41,642 bases of DNA from a virus (IMGVR_UViG_3300039239_000005:1-41642), one strand, 5' to 3'; shown: positions 18,408-28,673, numbered from the stretch's first letter. Numbers and translations: made by a program. The notes: generated by a model from the sequence alone, not told the origin.

Positions 18408-20960
18408 ATGTCTCACCAGACCCGCGCCCAATACATCGTGACGGGAGGCCAGCAAGAGTTCGATCTTGCAGTCCCCTTCCTCGACCGGACCCACATTCGG
18501 GTCACGCTCAACGGCTCCATCCCGTTCTTCGAATGGGTCTCTGACAGCCGCATCCGTCTTCGTCAGCCTCCGGCCGAAAACAGCGTCCTGCAAATCCGTC
18601 GTGAGACGCCGATCAGCACTGCCCTCGTGGACTTCAAAAACGGGGCGAACCTCACAGCGGACGAACTGAACCGCGCCAATCTTCAGAACCTCTATCGCCT
18701 TCAGGAACTGGACGACCTCTACACCGGCTCACTCGACCGGGCGCAGGTTCGGCTTGGCGATCACCTCGGCGTCGTCACCACGCCTGACGCCATCATGGAC
18801 GAACTGATCCTGACCTCGGAAATGGGAGACGGTGCGCTCAACCGATTCCGAGACGCGCTGGCCAGCATCGACCTCTCGGCCGAACGCATCCTCGACCAAT
18901 CATTCGCCCTCGCCGATCAGGCATTCCGAACCGACACCCTCGACGGGATCGTGGCCAACACTACGGCCCGGACGACGGGCCTCGAACTCCGCGTCGATAC
19001 GATCACCGATCTGGTGGACTCCCTCGTCAACTTTGAAGACGGGACGGGCATTGCGACGGTCATCCAGAACGAAGCGCAACAGCGCGTCGAAGGAGATGTC
19101 GCGCTGGCTTCAACGCTGGCACTGATCGGCGCCAAGAATGGTTCGAACAACGCCTTCGTGCTGGACCTCAATACCGTCCGCGTCGGCACGAACGAAAGCC
19201 TTGGCCAACGCCTCTCGGCGATCACGGCCAAGGCTAACGACAACGCGGCGAAGATCATCTCCGAAGCGACGGCGAGAGCGGATGCCGTGTCGGCGCAAGC
19301 TGACCGCATCGACCTTCTGGTAGCTCGGGCAAATGGTTTCGACGCCAGCATCACCGCCGAGCAGATCGCCCGATCAAACGCGGATGGTGCGCTCGCTCAA
19401 ACCCTCTCGTTGCTGGGCGCCAAGAACGCCAACAACACGGCTTTCCTACTGGACCTGAACAAGGTTCTCGTCGGCCCCACGGAGTCCTTCACCCAACGCC
19501 TGAACCAGATGGTGGCGACGGCCGGGACCAACGCACAGGCCCTCGTCACGAGCGAGGCGACTACGCGGGCCAGCCAAGACCAATCTTTGTCTCAACGCAT
19601 TGATAGCGTCGGGGCGAAGACTGACGACAACACCGCTGCTATCGCAACAGAAGTCACGGCCCGCACCAACGCGGTGTCAGCAGAAGCGGCGCAGCGGACG
19701 GCTCTGGCGACGAAGATCGCCGGTGACATCGCAGCGGCGGTCCTGACCGAAACGAACGCTCGCGTGGCAGCCGATCAGGCGGAAGCTCAAGCCCGGCAAT
19801 CGCTGGCCGTTCAGGTCGGTCAGAACTCGACGGCCATCCAGAACGAGGCCACGGCTCGTGCAAACGCAAACGGGGCCATCGCCCAACAGTTCGCCGTCCT
19901 TGGCGCCTTCCGCAACAATCAGTCAGTCTTCACGCTGGACCTAAATCGGGTCGAAGTCGGTCCCGGCTACAGCCTTGGCACCCGACTGTCGGGGATTGAT
20001 GCCGCAGTCGGCTCCGTCTCGGCCTCCGTGGTCAACGAAGCGACGGCTCGCGCCAATGCCGACAGTGCGCTCTCACAGACCATCCAGAATGTGCAGAACA
20101 CGGTGGGCGGCAACACCGCGTCGATCACGACCCTGACGCAGGTGACGAACGGCCTGAACGCCCGGTGGAGCATCGCCCTTAATTCCAACGGCCACATCAC
20201 CGGGATCACAGCGAACAACAACGGCTCCTATGGGACACTCGCCTTTGTCGCCGATGAGATGTCGTTCGTGGCTCCGGGCGGGGGTGCGCCGGTCAAGATC
20301 ATGTCGCTGGTCAACGGCCGGGTCCGCTTCAACTCGAACGTCGAAATCTACGGCGACCTTCTCGTCAGTGGCTCGATCAATCACACCCGACTGGTCAACA
20401 ACACCGTCAGCAATACCGAAGTCGCCTACAACGCGGCGACGATCACGCTCAACAACACCACCCCGACCCGTATTCATGGCCTTTGGATCGGCGTCGAAAA
20501 GGCGGACAGCCCAATCGACATCGACTTTAACGCCTATGGGACTTTCACCCACAACGCGGGCGGATCATTCGTGGCCGTCGTGCAGCTTATTCGCTCGCGC
20601 GGAAACGACGGCGGCACGGTCCTTCAGTCCGTTCAACTGAACGGCTCCGGCATGGCGAACGACACATGGCAAGGCTCCCTTCCCATGAAGTTCCTCGACC
20701 GTCCGGGTGAAGGCGGGAACTGGCACTACTACGTCCAAGTCTACTTCACCTCGAACATGTCCACCCAGACTGTGACCGCCCGCTACGGCAAGGTCACAGA
20801 GATGAAGAACAACACCTCGACACTCGGCGGCGGCACTGGTTCCGGCGGCGGCGTCGGATCAGGTGGCGGTTCGTCAGGTGGTGGCGGCGGTGGCGGCTAC
20901 GACCCCTACGATCCGGGCGGCGGCGGTGGCGGCGGCGACCAACCAATCATTACGGCATGA
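18408..20960 (+). CDS. Tail fibre 1 with T7 gp17-type N-terminal adaptor
   Basis: F.LAVPFLDRTHIRV...IRRETP...VDFKNGANLTADELN..N.Q.LY..QE adaptor; coiled-coil ARANAD repeats; Gly-rich C-terminus. Confidence 0.9.
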   Translation: MSHQTRAQYIVTGGQQEFDLAVPFLDRTHIRVTLNGSIPFFEWVSDSRIRLRQPPAENSVLQIRRETPISTALVDFKNGANLTADELNRANLQNLYRLQELDDLYTGSLDRAQVRLGDHLGVVTTPDAIMDELILTSEMGDGALNRFRDALASIDLSAERILDQSFALADQAFRTDTLDGIVANTTARTTGLELRVDTITDLVDSLVNFEDGTGIATVIQNEAQQRVEGDVALASTLALIGAKNGSNNAFVLDLNTVRVGTNESLGQRLSAITAKANDNAAKIISEATARADAVSAQADRIDLLVARANGFDASITAEQIARSNADGALAQTLSLLGAKNANNTAFLLDLNKVLVGPTESFTQRLNQMVATAGTNAQALVTSEATTRASQDQSLSQRIDSVGAKTDDNTAAIATEVTARTNAVSAEAAQRTALATKIAGDIAAAVLTETNARVAADQAEAQARQSLAVQVGQNSTAIQNEATARANANGAIAQQFAVLGAFRNNQSVFTLDLNRVEVGPGYSLGTRLSGIDAAVGSVSASVVNEATARANADSALSQTIQNVQNTVGGNTASITTLTQVTNGLNARWSIALNSNGHITGITANNNGSYGTLAFVADEMSFVAPGGGAPVKIMSLVNGRVRFNSNVEIYGDLLVSGSINHTRLVNNTVSNTEVAYNAATITLNNTTPTRIHGLWIGVEKADSPIDIDFNAYGTFTHNAGGSFVAVVQLIRSRGNDGGTVLQSVQLNGSGMANDTWQGSLPMKFLDRPGEGGNWHYYVQVYFTSNMSTQTVTARYGKVTEMKNNTSTLGGGTGSGGGVGSGGGSSGGGGGGGYDPYDPGGGGGGGDQPIITA

Positions 20961-21032
20961 CCATGAGACCGGCCTTAACGGGCCGGTCGCACGGCTAAAT
21001 ATCACTACCCCACAAACCCATTCAGGAGACGC

Positions 21033-21260
21033 ATGTCCCAGACCCCTACCGCTGCGGAGCAGTATCAAACCCTCGTCAAGCAAGAAGCTGAACTTCTGAC
21101 CGGCAAGGCCCGCGCCCTCGAACAACTTGAGGCAATCAACTCCCAACTGACCGCCGTCCGGGCCGCGCTGCAAGGCGCACAACTCGGCTTCACGGTCGCG
21201 CAGCAATCGCTCGAAAAAGACGTCCCCTCCGAGGCCGAACCGGCTTCCGACAAGGAGTAA
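21033..21260 (+). CDS. Small coiled-coil protein between tail fibre genes (possible assembly factor)
   Basis: AGGAG RBS; heptad pattern; position. Confidence 0.7.
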   Translation: MSQTPTAAEQYQTLVKQEAELLTGKARALEQLEAINSQLTAVRAALQGAQLGFTVAQQSLEKDVPSEAEPASDKE

Positions 21261-21266
21261 GGTCGA

Positions 21267-24065
21267 ATGAGCGGGCTGACGATCACCACTCTCGCCCAGC
21301 AGATTGAAGACCTCATCGGAAAATCAGAGCAGCAGACGAAAGCCGTCACTGCTTGGCTGGGTGGGTCCGCCGATGGTGGACCCAACAATGACGGCCGCTA
21401 TCCCTTCGTGGATTTGGGCGGCCGTGAAATCCTCGTTCCTTCGCCCGCATCGTTCAGCGACATGACCTCCGGCCCGGCGGCGCAAGCCTCCGTTGCCAAG
21501 GTGGCGGCCGAACTGGCGCGCGATCTGGCGAAGGGTCACGCCGACCGCTCCGACGCCCAGCGCATCCTTTCGGAAGCGGCTCGCGGCGCGGCGGTCGATG
21601 CGCGCAACCTCGCGCAGGAACATCGAAATCACGCTGGCACCCACGAGGCCAACGCTCGCTATTGGGCCGAACTCGCCCAAGGCTCCGGGCAGTCCTCGTC
21701 GGAGGATCGGGAGATCGTCGAACAGCTTGCCGGAGAGGTAGCCGACAACGCCGCCCTCGTGGCTCAAGACGCTCTGGATGCAGCAGCGTCCGCAGCCTTG
21801 GCTGCGACGTTCGATCCGAACCTCTACGACAAGAAATCGGACACGCTCGCTTCGTCTCGCCTCGAAGGCATGATCGACCCGGCGCGCATCCCGGTTCTCG
21901 TCGGTCAGACCCCCGTCGTCTCGACTGGCGGCATCGCCAACCTGACGACAACCCAACAGAACGGCATCCGACCCGGAACACTGGTCGCGACCTTGGACGG
22001 TCGCCGCTGGGTCTACGGCGGATCGGGCGCCAAGAACATCGAAGCTAACTACATCGAGCAAGGCGACGTGACGCCGGTGTGGTCCGTCATCGCGGATAAG
22101 CCGTCGTTCTTCCCCTCGAACATCGTCAACGTCGCGGGGCTGCAATCGGCCTTGGACGGCAAGTCCAACGTCGGCCATGGCCACGTCATCGCCGATGTCG
22201 CCAACCTGCAATTGGCCCTCGACGCGCGGTCGCTAACTGGTCACGTCCATGCTTGGACCAGCATCACGGATCGTCCGACGATCTTCCCTTCCGACATCGC
22301 CAATGTCAGCGGCCTACAGGCTGCGCTTGAGAGCCGGGCGACGGCGGGTCACGTCCATGCTTGGGACACGATCACTGGCAAGCCTTCGACCTACCCGTCA
22401 ACGGCTCACCTACACAACATCACCGATGTTAACGGTCTGCTGGACGCGCTCAACGGGAAGATCGCCAGCGGTTCAGCGGCGACGGTGACCAACCTGAAAT
22501 TCAACACCGGCCTTCTCTACCCAGACGGCAACCATTCGGTTCTTAAGACGGGCGCGGCTGGCTCGGAACGCTACTGGCGGTTCGATCAGAACGGTTGGTT
22601 CTATGGTTTGAGCGGTGGTCTCTACATCGCGACGAATGCTCATATTGCGGGCGATCAACTGCGTGTTGGCCCGGCCGACAGCGGATCACGAACCGACGTG
22701 AACCGTGGTTGGGTCGAACTACGAAATGACAGCAACGGCTACGGCCCATACATTGACCTGTCTGCCGATAGCACGACTGACTATCACGCCCGTCTGGCAT
22801 GGGCTGGCGGTCGCTTCGATCTCCAATCCACGACCTCTCTTCACCTTACCGCACGGGGAACGAACAACCACGTTCGCGCCTACAGCGAGACCGGCAAACA
22901 GAACGGCGACGTTTTGACAGAGGGTGGCGCCGAGCAGACCCTTTCGAAGCAACTCACGTTCACATCAAGCCAGAATCCTACAGATGGCGGGGCTTTCGCC
23001 ACGCTGGAAGTTCGGGGCCAAGGTGCAGGCTATGGCGCGTGGATGAAGTTCCACCGGCCGGGCCAATACGGCACTTATTTCGGGATGCTGGATAGTGGTC
23101 GTTGGCTTTTTGGCGGATGGTCCACGGGCAACCAGTATTACGAGTTTTGGACGAGCAAGAACTTCGATCCGCTGTCGCGCATGGAGAGGTTCAACGACGG
23201 TTGGATTCCCACCCGTGACGGAAACGAACGGTTCTACTTCGCCAGCAATGGACGGTCGTATTATCGCTCGCGCGGCGGCCACGAGTTCCGAAACTCCGAC
23301 GATCAGAGGGTCGTGTCCATCGACAATGGCGGCTTCCTTGAAGCGACCAGCGGGCTTTCAACTCTGGGAAACTACCTCAAGATCAGAGGCGGTTCGCCGA
23401 CCATCTACTTCAAGGATACCGACAGCCGTTCGGCGATGATCCACGTCAACTCCAACGTCATGCATTTCCTGCGTGGCTCTGGCAACGACTCGGAGGCATG
23501 GGAGACCGTCAATGGCCGCTGGCCTTTGACGATCAATCTGGAAAACAACGAAGCCACGATGGGCGGCAGCATCAATGCCGAGAATGGCAACGTCTATACC
23601 CAGAGCTTCTATGCGACCTCACAGGTCTACTCGGGGTTCGGACACTGGTTTCGTGTCAGAGGCACCGGCTCGGGCATCTATTGGGAACAGCACGGCGGCG
23701 GCTTCCACATGTCCGACAATGACTGGGTTCGCGTCTACAACGGCAAGAACTTCTATTGCTCGGCACAAGTCCGCGCCAACACCGTCGTCGGTGAATCCGA
23801 TAGGCGCCTTAAGACGAACATCGCTCCGATCACCGACGCCATGTCCAAGGTCCGCGCCCTTGAAGGTGTGACGTTTGATTGGATCGCGTCGGGCATGGCC
23901 TCGCTGGGCTTCATCGCCCAAGACCTTGAGACTGTCCTACCCACCCTCGTCACCGAGGACGCGGACGGTATCAAGGGTGTCCAATACGGTCCCGTCGTGG
24001 CCTTGCTTGTCGAGGCTTTGAAAGACGCCGATGCCCGGATCGGTCGGCTGGAAGGGAGGGTCTAA
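21267..24065 (+). CDS. Tail fibre 2 with C-terminal peptidase S74-type intramolecular chaperone
   Basis: HxH tail-fibre repeats (HGHVIADVANLQLALD, GHVHAW.SI..RP); C-terminal SDRRLKTNI...LGFIAQDLE..LP..V...GVQYG. Confidence 0.9.
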   Translation: MSGLTITTLAQQIEDLIGKSEQQTKAVTAWLGGSADGGPNNDGRYPFVDLGGREILVPSPASFSDMTSGPAAQASVAKVAAELARDLAKGHADRSDAQRILSEAARGAAVDARNLAQEHRNHAGTHEANARYWAELAQGSGQSSSEDREIVEQLAGEVADNAALVAQDALDAAASAALAATFDPNLYDKKSDTLASSRLEGMIDPARIPVLVGQTPVVSTGGIANLTTTQQNGIRPGTLVATLDGRRWVYGGSGAKNIEANYIEQGDVTPVWSVIADKPSFFPSNIVNVAGLQSALDGKSNVGHGHVIADVANLQLALDARSLTGHVHAWTSITDRPTIFPSDIANVSGLQAALESRATAGHVHAWDTITGKPSTYPSTAHLHNITDVNGLLDALNGKIASGSAATVTNLKFNTGLLYPDGNHSVLKTGAAGSERYWRFDQNGWFYGLSGGLYIATNAHIAGDQLRVGPADSGSRTDVNRGWVELRNDSNGYGPYIDLSADSTTDYHARLAWAGGRFDLQSTTSLHLTARGTNNHVRAYSETGKQNGDVLTEGGAEQTLSKQLTFTSSQNPTDGGAFATLEVRGQGAGYGAWMKFHRPGQYGTYFGMLDSGRWLFGGWSTGNQYYEFWTSKNFDPLSRMERFNDGWIPTRDGNERFYFASNGRSYYRSRGGHEFRNSDDQRVVSIDNGGFLEATSGLSTLGNYLKIRGGSPTIYFKDTDSRSAMIHVNSNVMHFLRGSGNDSEAWETVNGRWPLTINLENNEATMGGSINAENGNVYTQSFYATSQVYSGFGHWFRVRGTGSGIYWEQHGGGFHMSDNDWVRVYNGKNFYCSAQVRANTVVGESDRRLKTNIAPITDAMSKVRALEGVTFDWIASGMASLGFIAQDLETVLPTLVTEDADGIKGVQYGPVVALLVEALKDADARIGRLEGRV

Positions 24066-24529
24066 TGACTCTCCCAACTTCCGGGTCAATCAGCATCGAC
24101 CAAATCAAAGCCGAACTCGGGATCACCGGCGAACTCTCGCTGACCGATCAACGTGTGCGAGACTTGGCTGGCATCCACTCCTCGTCGCTGATGATGCCGA
24201 ACGATTTCTGGGGCAAATCCTCCCGCACCGTCCGCCTCATCATCACCAGCTACGAGCAGGTGCAGATGGGGTTCGGCGACTGGAACCGTCAGCAATACGA
24301 CCGGATCACCTTCGGGATTTCGGTGACGCCCTATCTCGCCCCAACCTCCTACTCGTGGGGCGGGGATGCTTACAGCAGCGGGGCGTCTGCGACGTTCACC
24401 GGGCCGACCTATTCGCCGACGGGCTTCACCTACCAAGCCTTCGGGCAAGCCTACTGTTCGGTCGTCGTCGGCGGTCGCAGCTACGAACTCACGCTCGACT
24501 TCCAATACACGGCTGGCGACGCGATCTAA
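24065..24529 (+). CDS. Tail-fibre-associated protein, putative tip adhesin
   Basis: MTLPTSGSISIDQIKAELG...SL...VRDLAG...NDFWGKS N-terminus typical of genes following chaperone-capped fibres; beta-rich C-terminus. Confidence 0.65.
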   Translation: MTLPTSGSISIDQIKAELGITGELSLTDQRVRDLAGIHSSSLMMPNDFWGKSSRTVRLIITSYEQVQMGFGDWNRQQYDRITFGISVTPYLAPTSYSWGGDAYSSGASATFTGPTYSPTGFTYQAFGQAYCSVVVGGRSYELTLDFQYTAGDAI

Positions 24530-24556
24530 CCCTCATACCCACAATCGAAAGGTCTA

Positions 24557-24787
24557 ATGGACCCCACTCCAAATACATCGAACTCCGACCCAGCCTTGGT
24601 GCTGATCCTCGGGGAAATCAAAGGCCAGCTTGCCACCTACATCAGGTTCATGGAGACCTTGCAGGGTCGGCACGACACACTCGAAACCCGAACGCGCTCG
24701 CTTGAGAACGCCAAGTTCTGGGTCATGGGCGCCGCAGCAGCAATCGGCGGTCTGGCCGGTTTCCTTGTCGATCTGGTGAAGCCATGA
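24557..24787 (+). CDS. Small membrane protein, possible holin-like (coiled coil plus C-terminal TM helix)
   Basis: KFWVMGAAAAIGGLAGFLV hydrophobic segment; occupies the holin slot before the small terminase. Confidence 0.55.
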   Translation: MDPTPNTSNSDPALVLILGEIKGQLATYIRFMETLQGRHDTLETRTRSLENAKFWVMGAAAAIGGLAGFLVDLVKP

Positions 24788-25080
24788 TCGATCAGATCAA
24801 AACCCACGTCCGCGCGTCGGAAGGCGAACTCGACACCATGCACCGCCTCGTCGCGCTGCTGCTGTCGAACGAACTGGACCGTGCCAATCTCCGCGCAGAG
24901 ATGAATCCGAACGACCCGTCGTATGCGATCTCGCCACAGCTAATCAGTCAGGCCCTCAAGTTTCTCAAGGACAACGGCGTGAGCGCACCGGCTGGCTCCA
25001 AAGTCGTCGAGAACCTTGCCGCTCAACTGGCTGACATCGACCTCGACGCCGAGATTCTTTCGGGCATGACCCCGAACTAA
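24784..25080 (+). CDS. Terminase small subunit, T7 gp18-like
   Basis: ASEGELDTMH, ALKFLKDNGV motif; precedes large terminase. Confidence 0.85.
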   Translation: MIDQIKTHVRASEGELDTMHRLVALLLSNELDRANLRAEMNPNDPSYAISPQLISQALKFLKDNGVSAPAGSKVVENLAAQLADIDLDAEILSGMTPN

Positions 25081-25147
25081 AACCCAAGACCCCTCGCTTG
25101 CCGCCGCTCGCCTTCACCGGCGGGCGGCTGGGCGGCGCACCTCCTGT

Positions 25148-26875
25148 TTGATCCCAACCAACCTGACGCTCGCCGACGTTCTTCGGCAGTCCTTCATCGC
25201 GTTCGTCCGCTACGTCTGGAAACACGTTCTCGGCCTCCCCAAGCCGACCCGCATCCAAGAGGACATCGCCCGCTTCCTCGAAAGCGGCTCCACCCGCCGG
25301 GCCATCCAAGCCCTTCGCGGTATCGGCAAGTCCTTCCTGACATGCGCCTACGTCGTCTGGCGTCTTTGGAAGGACAACAACAAGACAGTCCTTATCGTCT
25401 CTGCTGGCGAGACAGGCGCGGCTGACAACGCCTCACTCATCAAAGGCATCATCTACCACGAGGCAGGGGACAAGCTGTGGGGTTCGCTGCGTCCCGGCCG
25501 CGACCAAAAATCCTCGACGCTCGCGTTCGACGTGGGCGGCAAGGGCGCCGACAAACAGCCCTCCGTGAAATGCATCGGCATCACGGGCCAGCTACCGGGC
25601 AACCGCGCCGACATCATCATCGGCGACGACGTTGAGAACCCACGAAACTCATGGACCGAGGATCAGCGCGACAAGCTCCGGCACCTGTTCGGCGAGTTCT
25701 CGAACATCATCAAGCCGCTCGACACGTCCGAGATCATCGTCCTCGGCACCCCTCAAACGGCAGAGTCGATTTACAACGGCCTTCCGCAGCGCGGCTACAC
25801 CGTCCGCATCTGGACCGCCCGCTATCCACTCGCCGACAAGCTGGCGAATTACGGGGCCGCATTGGCTCCGATGCTGCTCGCCGACATCGAGCGTGACCCC
25901 AAGCTTTGTGAGCCTGTCGGCCTGTCGAAGCTCGGAGGGGCGCCGACCGATCCCGACCGCTTCACCGACGCCAAGCTGATCGAAAACGAACTGGACGGCA
26001 CCGCCGCCGAGTTCATGCTTCAGATGATGCTCGACGTGACGTTGAGCGACGCGGAACGCTACCCGCTTAAGACCTCCGACCTCATCGTCATGGACGTTGA
26101 CCCACGACGCGGGCCGGTCTCCATGGCGTGGACCTCCGCGCCGGAATACCAGATCAAGGATGTCGAGAACGTCGGATGGTCAGGCGACCGTCTCTACCGG
26201 CCGTTCAATGTCTCGGAGCTTTGGTCCGACTTCACCGGCTCGGTGATGCACATCGACCCCTCCGGTTCCGGCAAGGATGAGACGGCCTACGTCGTCACCA
26301 AGTTCCTCGGGACACGCATCTACATTCGGAAGTGGGGCGGGTTCGTGGACGGCACGTCCACCGAGACCCTGACCAAGCTGGCCGAGATCGCACGAGACGA
26401 GAAGGTCAATCTCGTGATGGTCGAAGACAACTTCGGCGACGGCATGTTCCGCCAACTGCTGTCCCCGATCCTCGCTCGCAAGCACCCTTGCAAGCTGGAA
26501 GGCCACAAGGTCTCCAGCATGAAGGAGAAGCGGATCGTCGGCGCGCTTGAGCCGGTCATGAAGCAACACCGTCTGGTCATCGACCTTGCCGTGGTGCGTG
26601 AAGACCTCAAGGCAGACAGCCTACGCCGGGGCCTGTTCCAAATGACCAACATGACCGTCGTTCGCGGCGCCCTTCGCCATGACGACCGCATCGACGTGCT
26701 GGCCCAAGCCGCCGAATACTGGCGTCCATACCTCAACGCGGATGAGGAAAAGCACGAGCGTCAGCACCTCGACAGACTGGACCGGGAGTTCGAGAAGAAG
26801 TTCTTCGCCGGGACGAATGTCGGCTCTCTATTGAATGAGGGCAGGGTCCGCGCCCGTGGAAGACGGATGCGTTAG
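25148..26875 (+). CDS. Terminase large subunit, T7 gp19-like
   Basis: ALRGIGKS Walker A, GNRADIIIGDDVE Walker B, LGTPQT, IDPSGSGKDET, HDDRIDVLA. Confidence 0.97.
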   Translation: MIPTNLTLADVLRQSFIAFVRYVWKHVLGLPKPTRIQEDIARFLESGSTRRAIQALRGIGKSFLTCAYVVWRLWKDNNKTVLIVSAGETGAADNASLIKGIIYHEAGDKLWGSLRPGRDQKSSTLAFDVGGKGADKQPSVKCIGITGQLPGNRADIIIGDDVENPRNSWTEDQRDKLRHLFGEFSNIIKPLDTSEIIVLGTPQTAESIYNGLPQRGYTVRIWTARYPLADKLANYGAALAPMLLADIERDPKLCEPVGLSKLGGAPTDPDRFTDAKLIENELDGTAAEFMLQMMLDVTLSDAERYPLKTSDLIVMDVDPRRGPVSMAWTSAPEYQIKDVENVGWSGDRLYRPFNVSELWSDFTGSVMHIDPSGSGKDETAYVVTKFLGTRIYIRKWGGFVDGTSTETLTKLAEIARDEKVNLVMVEDNFGDGMFRQLLSPILARKHPCKLEGHKVSSMKEKRIVGALEPVMKQHRLVIDLAVVREDLKADSLRRGLFQMTNMTVVRGALRHDDRIDVLAQAAEYWRPYLNADEEKHERQHLDRLDREFEKKFFAGTNVGSLLNEGRVRARGRRMR

Positions 26876-28605
26876 GCGGCGGTCTTCGCCGCCTTCTCGC
26901 GCTCCTTGAATGCGCGATATTCGGCGCGCTTGCGCTCCATCACTTCGGCCAACAACGACGTGGTGGAACGCTCGATAGGGGCCGCGCCAACGCGGATGTC
27001 AAAGTCTGCATCAGGTGCAGCAGCACGAAGGCGCGCTTCCGTGTTCTCGAAGAACCGAGGGCTGATCTCAATGCCGATGAAGTGACGGCCAGCTTGCAGG
27101 GCGGCGACGCCCGTCGTGCCGCTCCCCATGGTGCAATCCAGCACCGTGTCGCCTTCGTTCGAAAAGGTGCGGATCAAGTAGTCCATAAGGGCGACGGGCT
27201 TTTGGGTCTGGGGCGCATTGCCCTTGCCCTTCACCTTTTCGCGCTGACCCACGCTCGGGAAGAACAGGATCGAAGTCGGCCAGTTCGTATGGGTTTGATT
27301 GCGACCCCGCTGCGCGGACGGCCCGCTCAACTTGTAGAACGTATCCTTGTTCAGGCTGTTTCGAGACGTGACCGGCTTGTCCAATTCAGTCAGACCCTGC
27401 GGGTTATAAGTCGGGTGGACCTTGGCGTTGTTCCCCATCCCGCCCTTGGCAAAGACCAAGACATCCTCATGCTGGGCGAGGACGCGATAGTCCTTATGCA
27501 GATGCTGCGTCTTGCGCGTCTTCGCCCAGATCATCGAGTAGCAGTAGAGGTCAGGAGCCGCCGCGATCAGCGCGGCCGAGAACCGGCCTTGTGCCGTCAT
27601 GACGATGTTGCCCGTGGGGGAAAGAGTGCGGCGGAACTCTCCGAACATCTTGTCCATCGGGACGATCTTATCCCACGCCTCGACCGACACCCCATACGGC
27701 AGGTCCACAGCGATCAGGTCCACGGACTCGTCGGCCAGCTTCGTCATGGCGACGAGGCAGTCAGCGTTGAAAAGCGTCGCCTTGACCGCCTGACGCTTCA
27801 CCGGCACCGGAGGCGCAAGCGTCTCGACGGTGCAGTTCAGACGCTCCGCAGCCTTGGCGTTATAGCCCGCGTCCAGTTCGATCCCGATGTAGTGGCGACC
27901 AGTCGCGCGCGCCGCGACACCCGTCGTCCCCGATCCGCTGAACACGTCACAGATGATGTCGTGTTCCGGCTTGAGGTGTTCGAAGATTTTCTGGGGAAGC
28001 TCGACCGGCATGGGCGCCGGATGGTTCGGGTCGATCTTCGCAGTCGGCCGGATCGACAGCACATCAAACAGCTTGCCCGACGTGGCGAACTTGAAGCTCG
28101 ACTTGGCCAGCAGATGGATGAATTCGAAGCTCGGGTTCAGGAAGTTCTTGTTGGGGGTGTAGGCCGCCTGACGATGCCAGATGATGCGCTGACGCAGATG
28201 GGCGAGAATGTCCGCAGGGATAAGTTCTTCCGGCGTCAGCAGACGGCCTTTGAACGGCTGATCCTTGTGCTGGAAAAAGATCGCACCGTCGTCTTTCAGG
28301 ACGCGCCAGCACTCGGCCAGCAGGTCGTGCATCCATCCGACATATTCGGCGTGGGTCAGGTTGTCGCCGAACGAGGCGTAGCCCTCGGCCAACTTGGCGT
28401 TCCACAGCGCACCCCCGCACTTATCGCCGCCGGGGCGACGCTTATTGTAGGGCGGCGAGAAGAAGAAAATCGGGATGGACTTGGAAGGTTGAGTCTTGAG
28501 CCATTGCAGCGAATGGCCCGTCACGAGACGCGCCGTGCTTCCCTCGGCAAATGCCGGGTCGGGGACAGCGGCGAAACCACCACGATTGTTCTTCTTGGTC
28601 GTCAA
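26872..28605 (-). CDS. Fused tandem beta-class DNA methyltransferase (two catalytic domains); ORF could extend to 28671
   Basis: Domain 1: FSPPY...HPAPMP...DVFSGSGTTG. Domain 2: VDLPYG...TQKPVALM...DCTMGSGTTG. Likely TTG start at 28605 after GGAG. Confidence 0.92.
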   Translation of the reverse strand: MTTKKNNRGGFAAVPDPAFAEGSTARLVTGHSLQWLKTQPSKSIPIFFFSPPYNKRRPGGDKCGGALWNAKLAEGYASFGDNLTHAEYVGWMHDLLAECWRVLKDDGAIFFQHKDQPFKGRLLTPEELIPADILAHLRQRIIWHRQAAYTPNKNFLNPSFEFIHLLAKSSFKFATSGKLFDVLSIRPTAKIDPNHPAPMPVELPQKIFEHLKPEHDIICDVFSGSGTTGVAARATGRHYIGIELDAGYNAKAAERLNCTVETLAPPVPVKRQAVKATLFNADCLVAMTKLADESVDLIAVDLPYGVSVEAWDKIVPMDKMFGEFRRTLSPTGNIVMTAQGRFSAALIAAAPDLYCYSMIWAKTRKTQHLHKDYRVLAQHEDVLVFAKGGMGNNAKVHPTYNPQGLTELDKPVTSRNSLNKDTFYKLSGPSAQRGRNQTHTNWPTSILFFPSVGQREKVKGKGNAPQTQKPVALMDYLIRTFSNEGDTVLDCTMGSGTTGVAALQAGRHFIGIEISPRFFENTEARLRAAAPDADFDIRVGAAPIERSTTSLLAEVMERKRAEYRAFKEREKAAKTAA

Positions 28606-28673
28606 ACTTGGGTCTCCGTAGCAGCGATAGATGTCTATCAAGCTGCCACAGGTCGCCGACTTGTCGAGCATAT

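Noticed and set aside
3230-25147. Set of identical T7-style late promoters
   Set aside because: I could not find a repeated ~20-bp promoter consensus in the structural region by eye; only a single loose candidate at 3231-3248.
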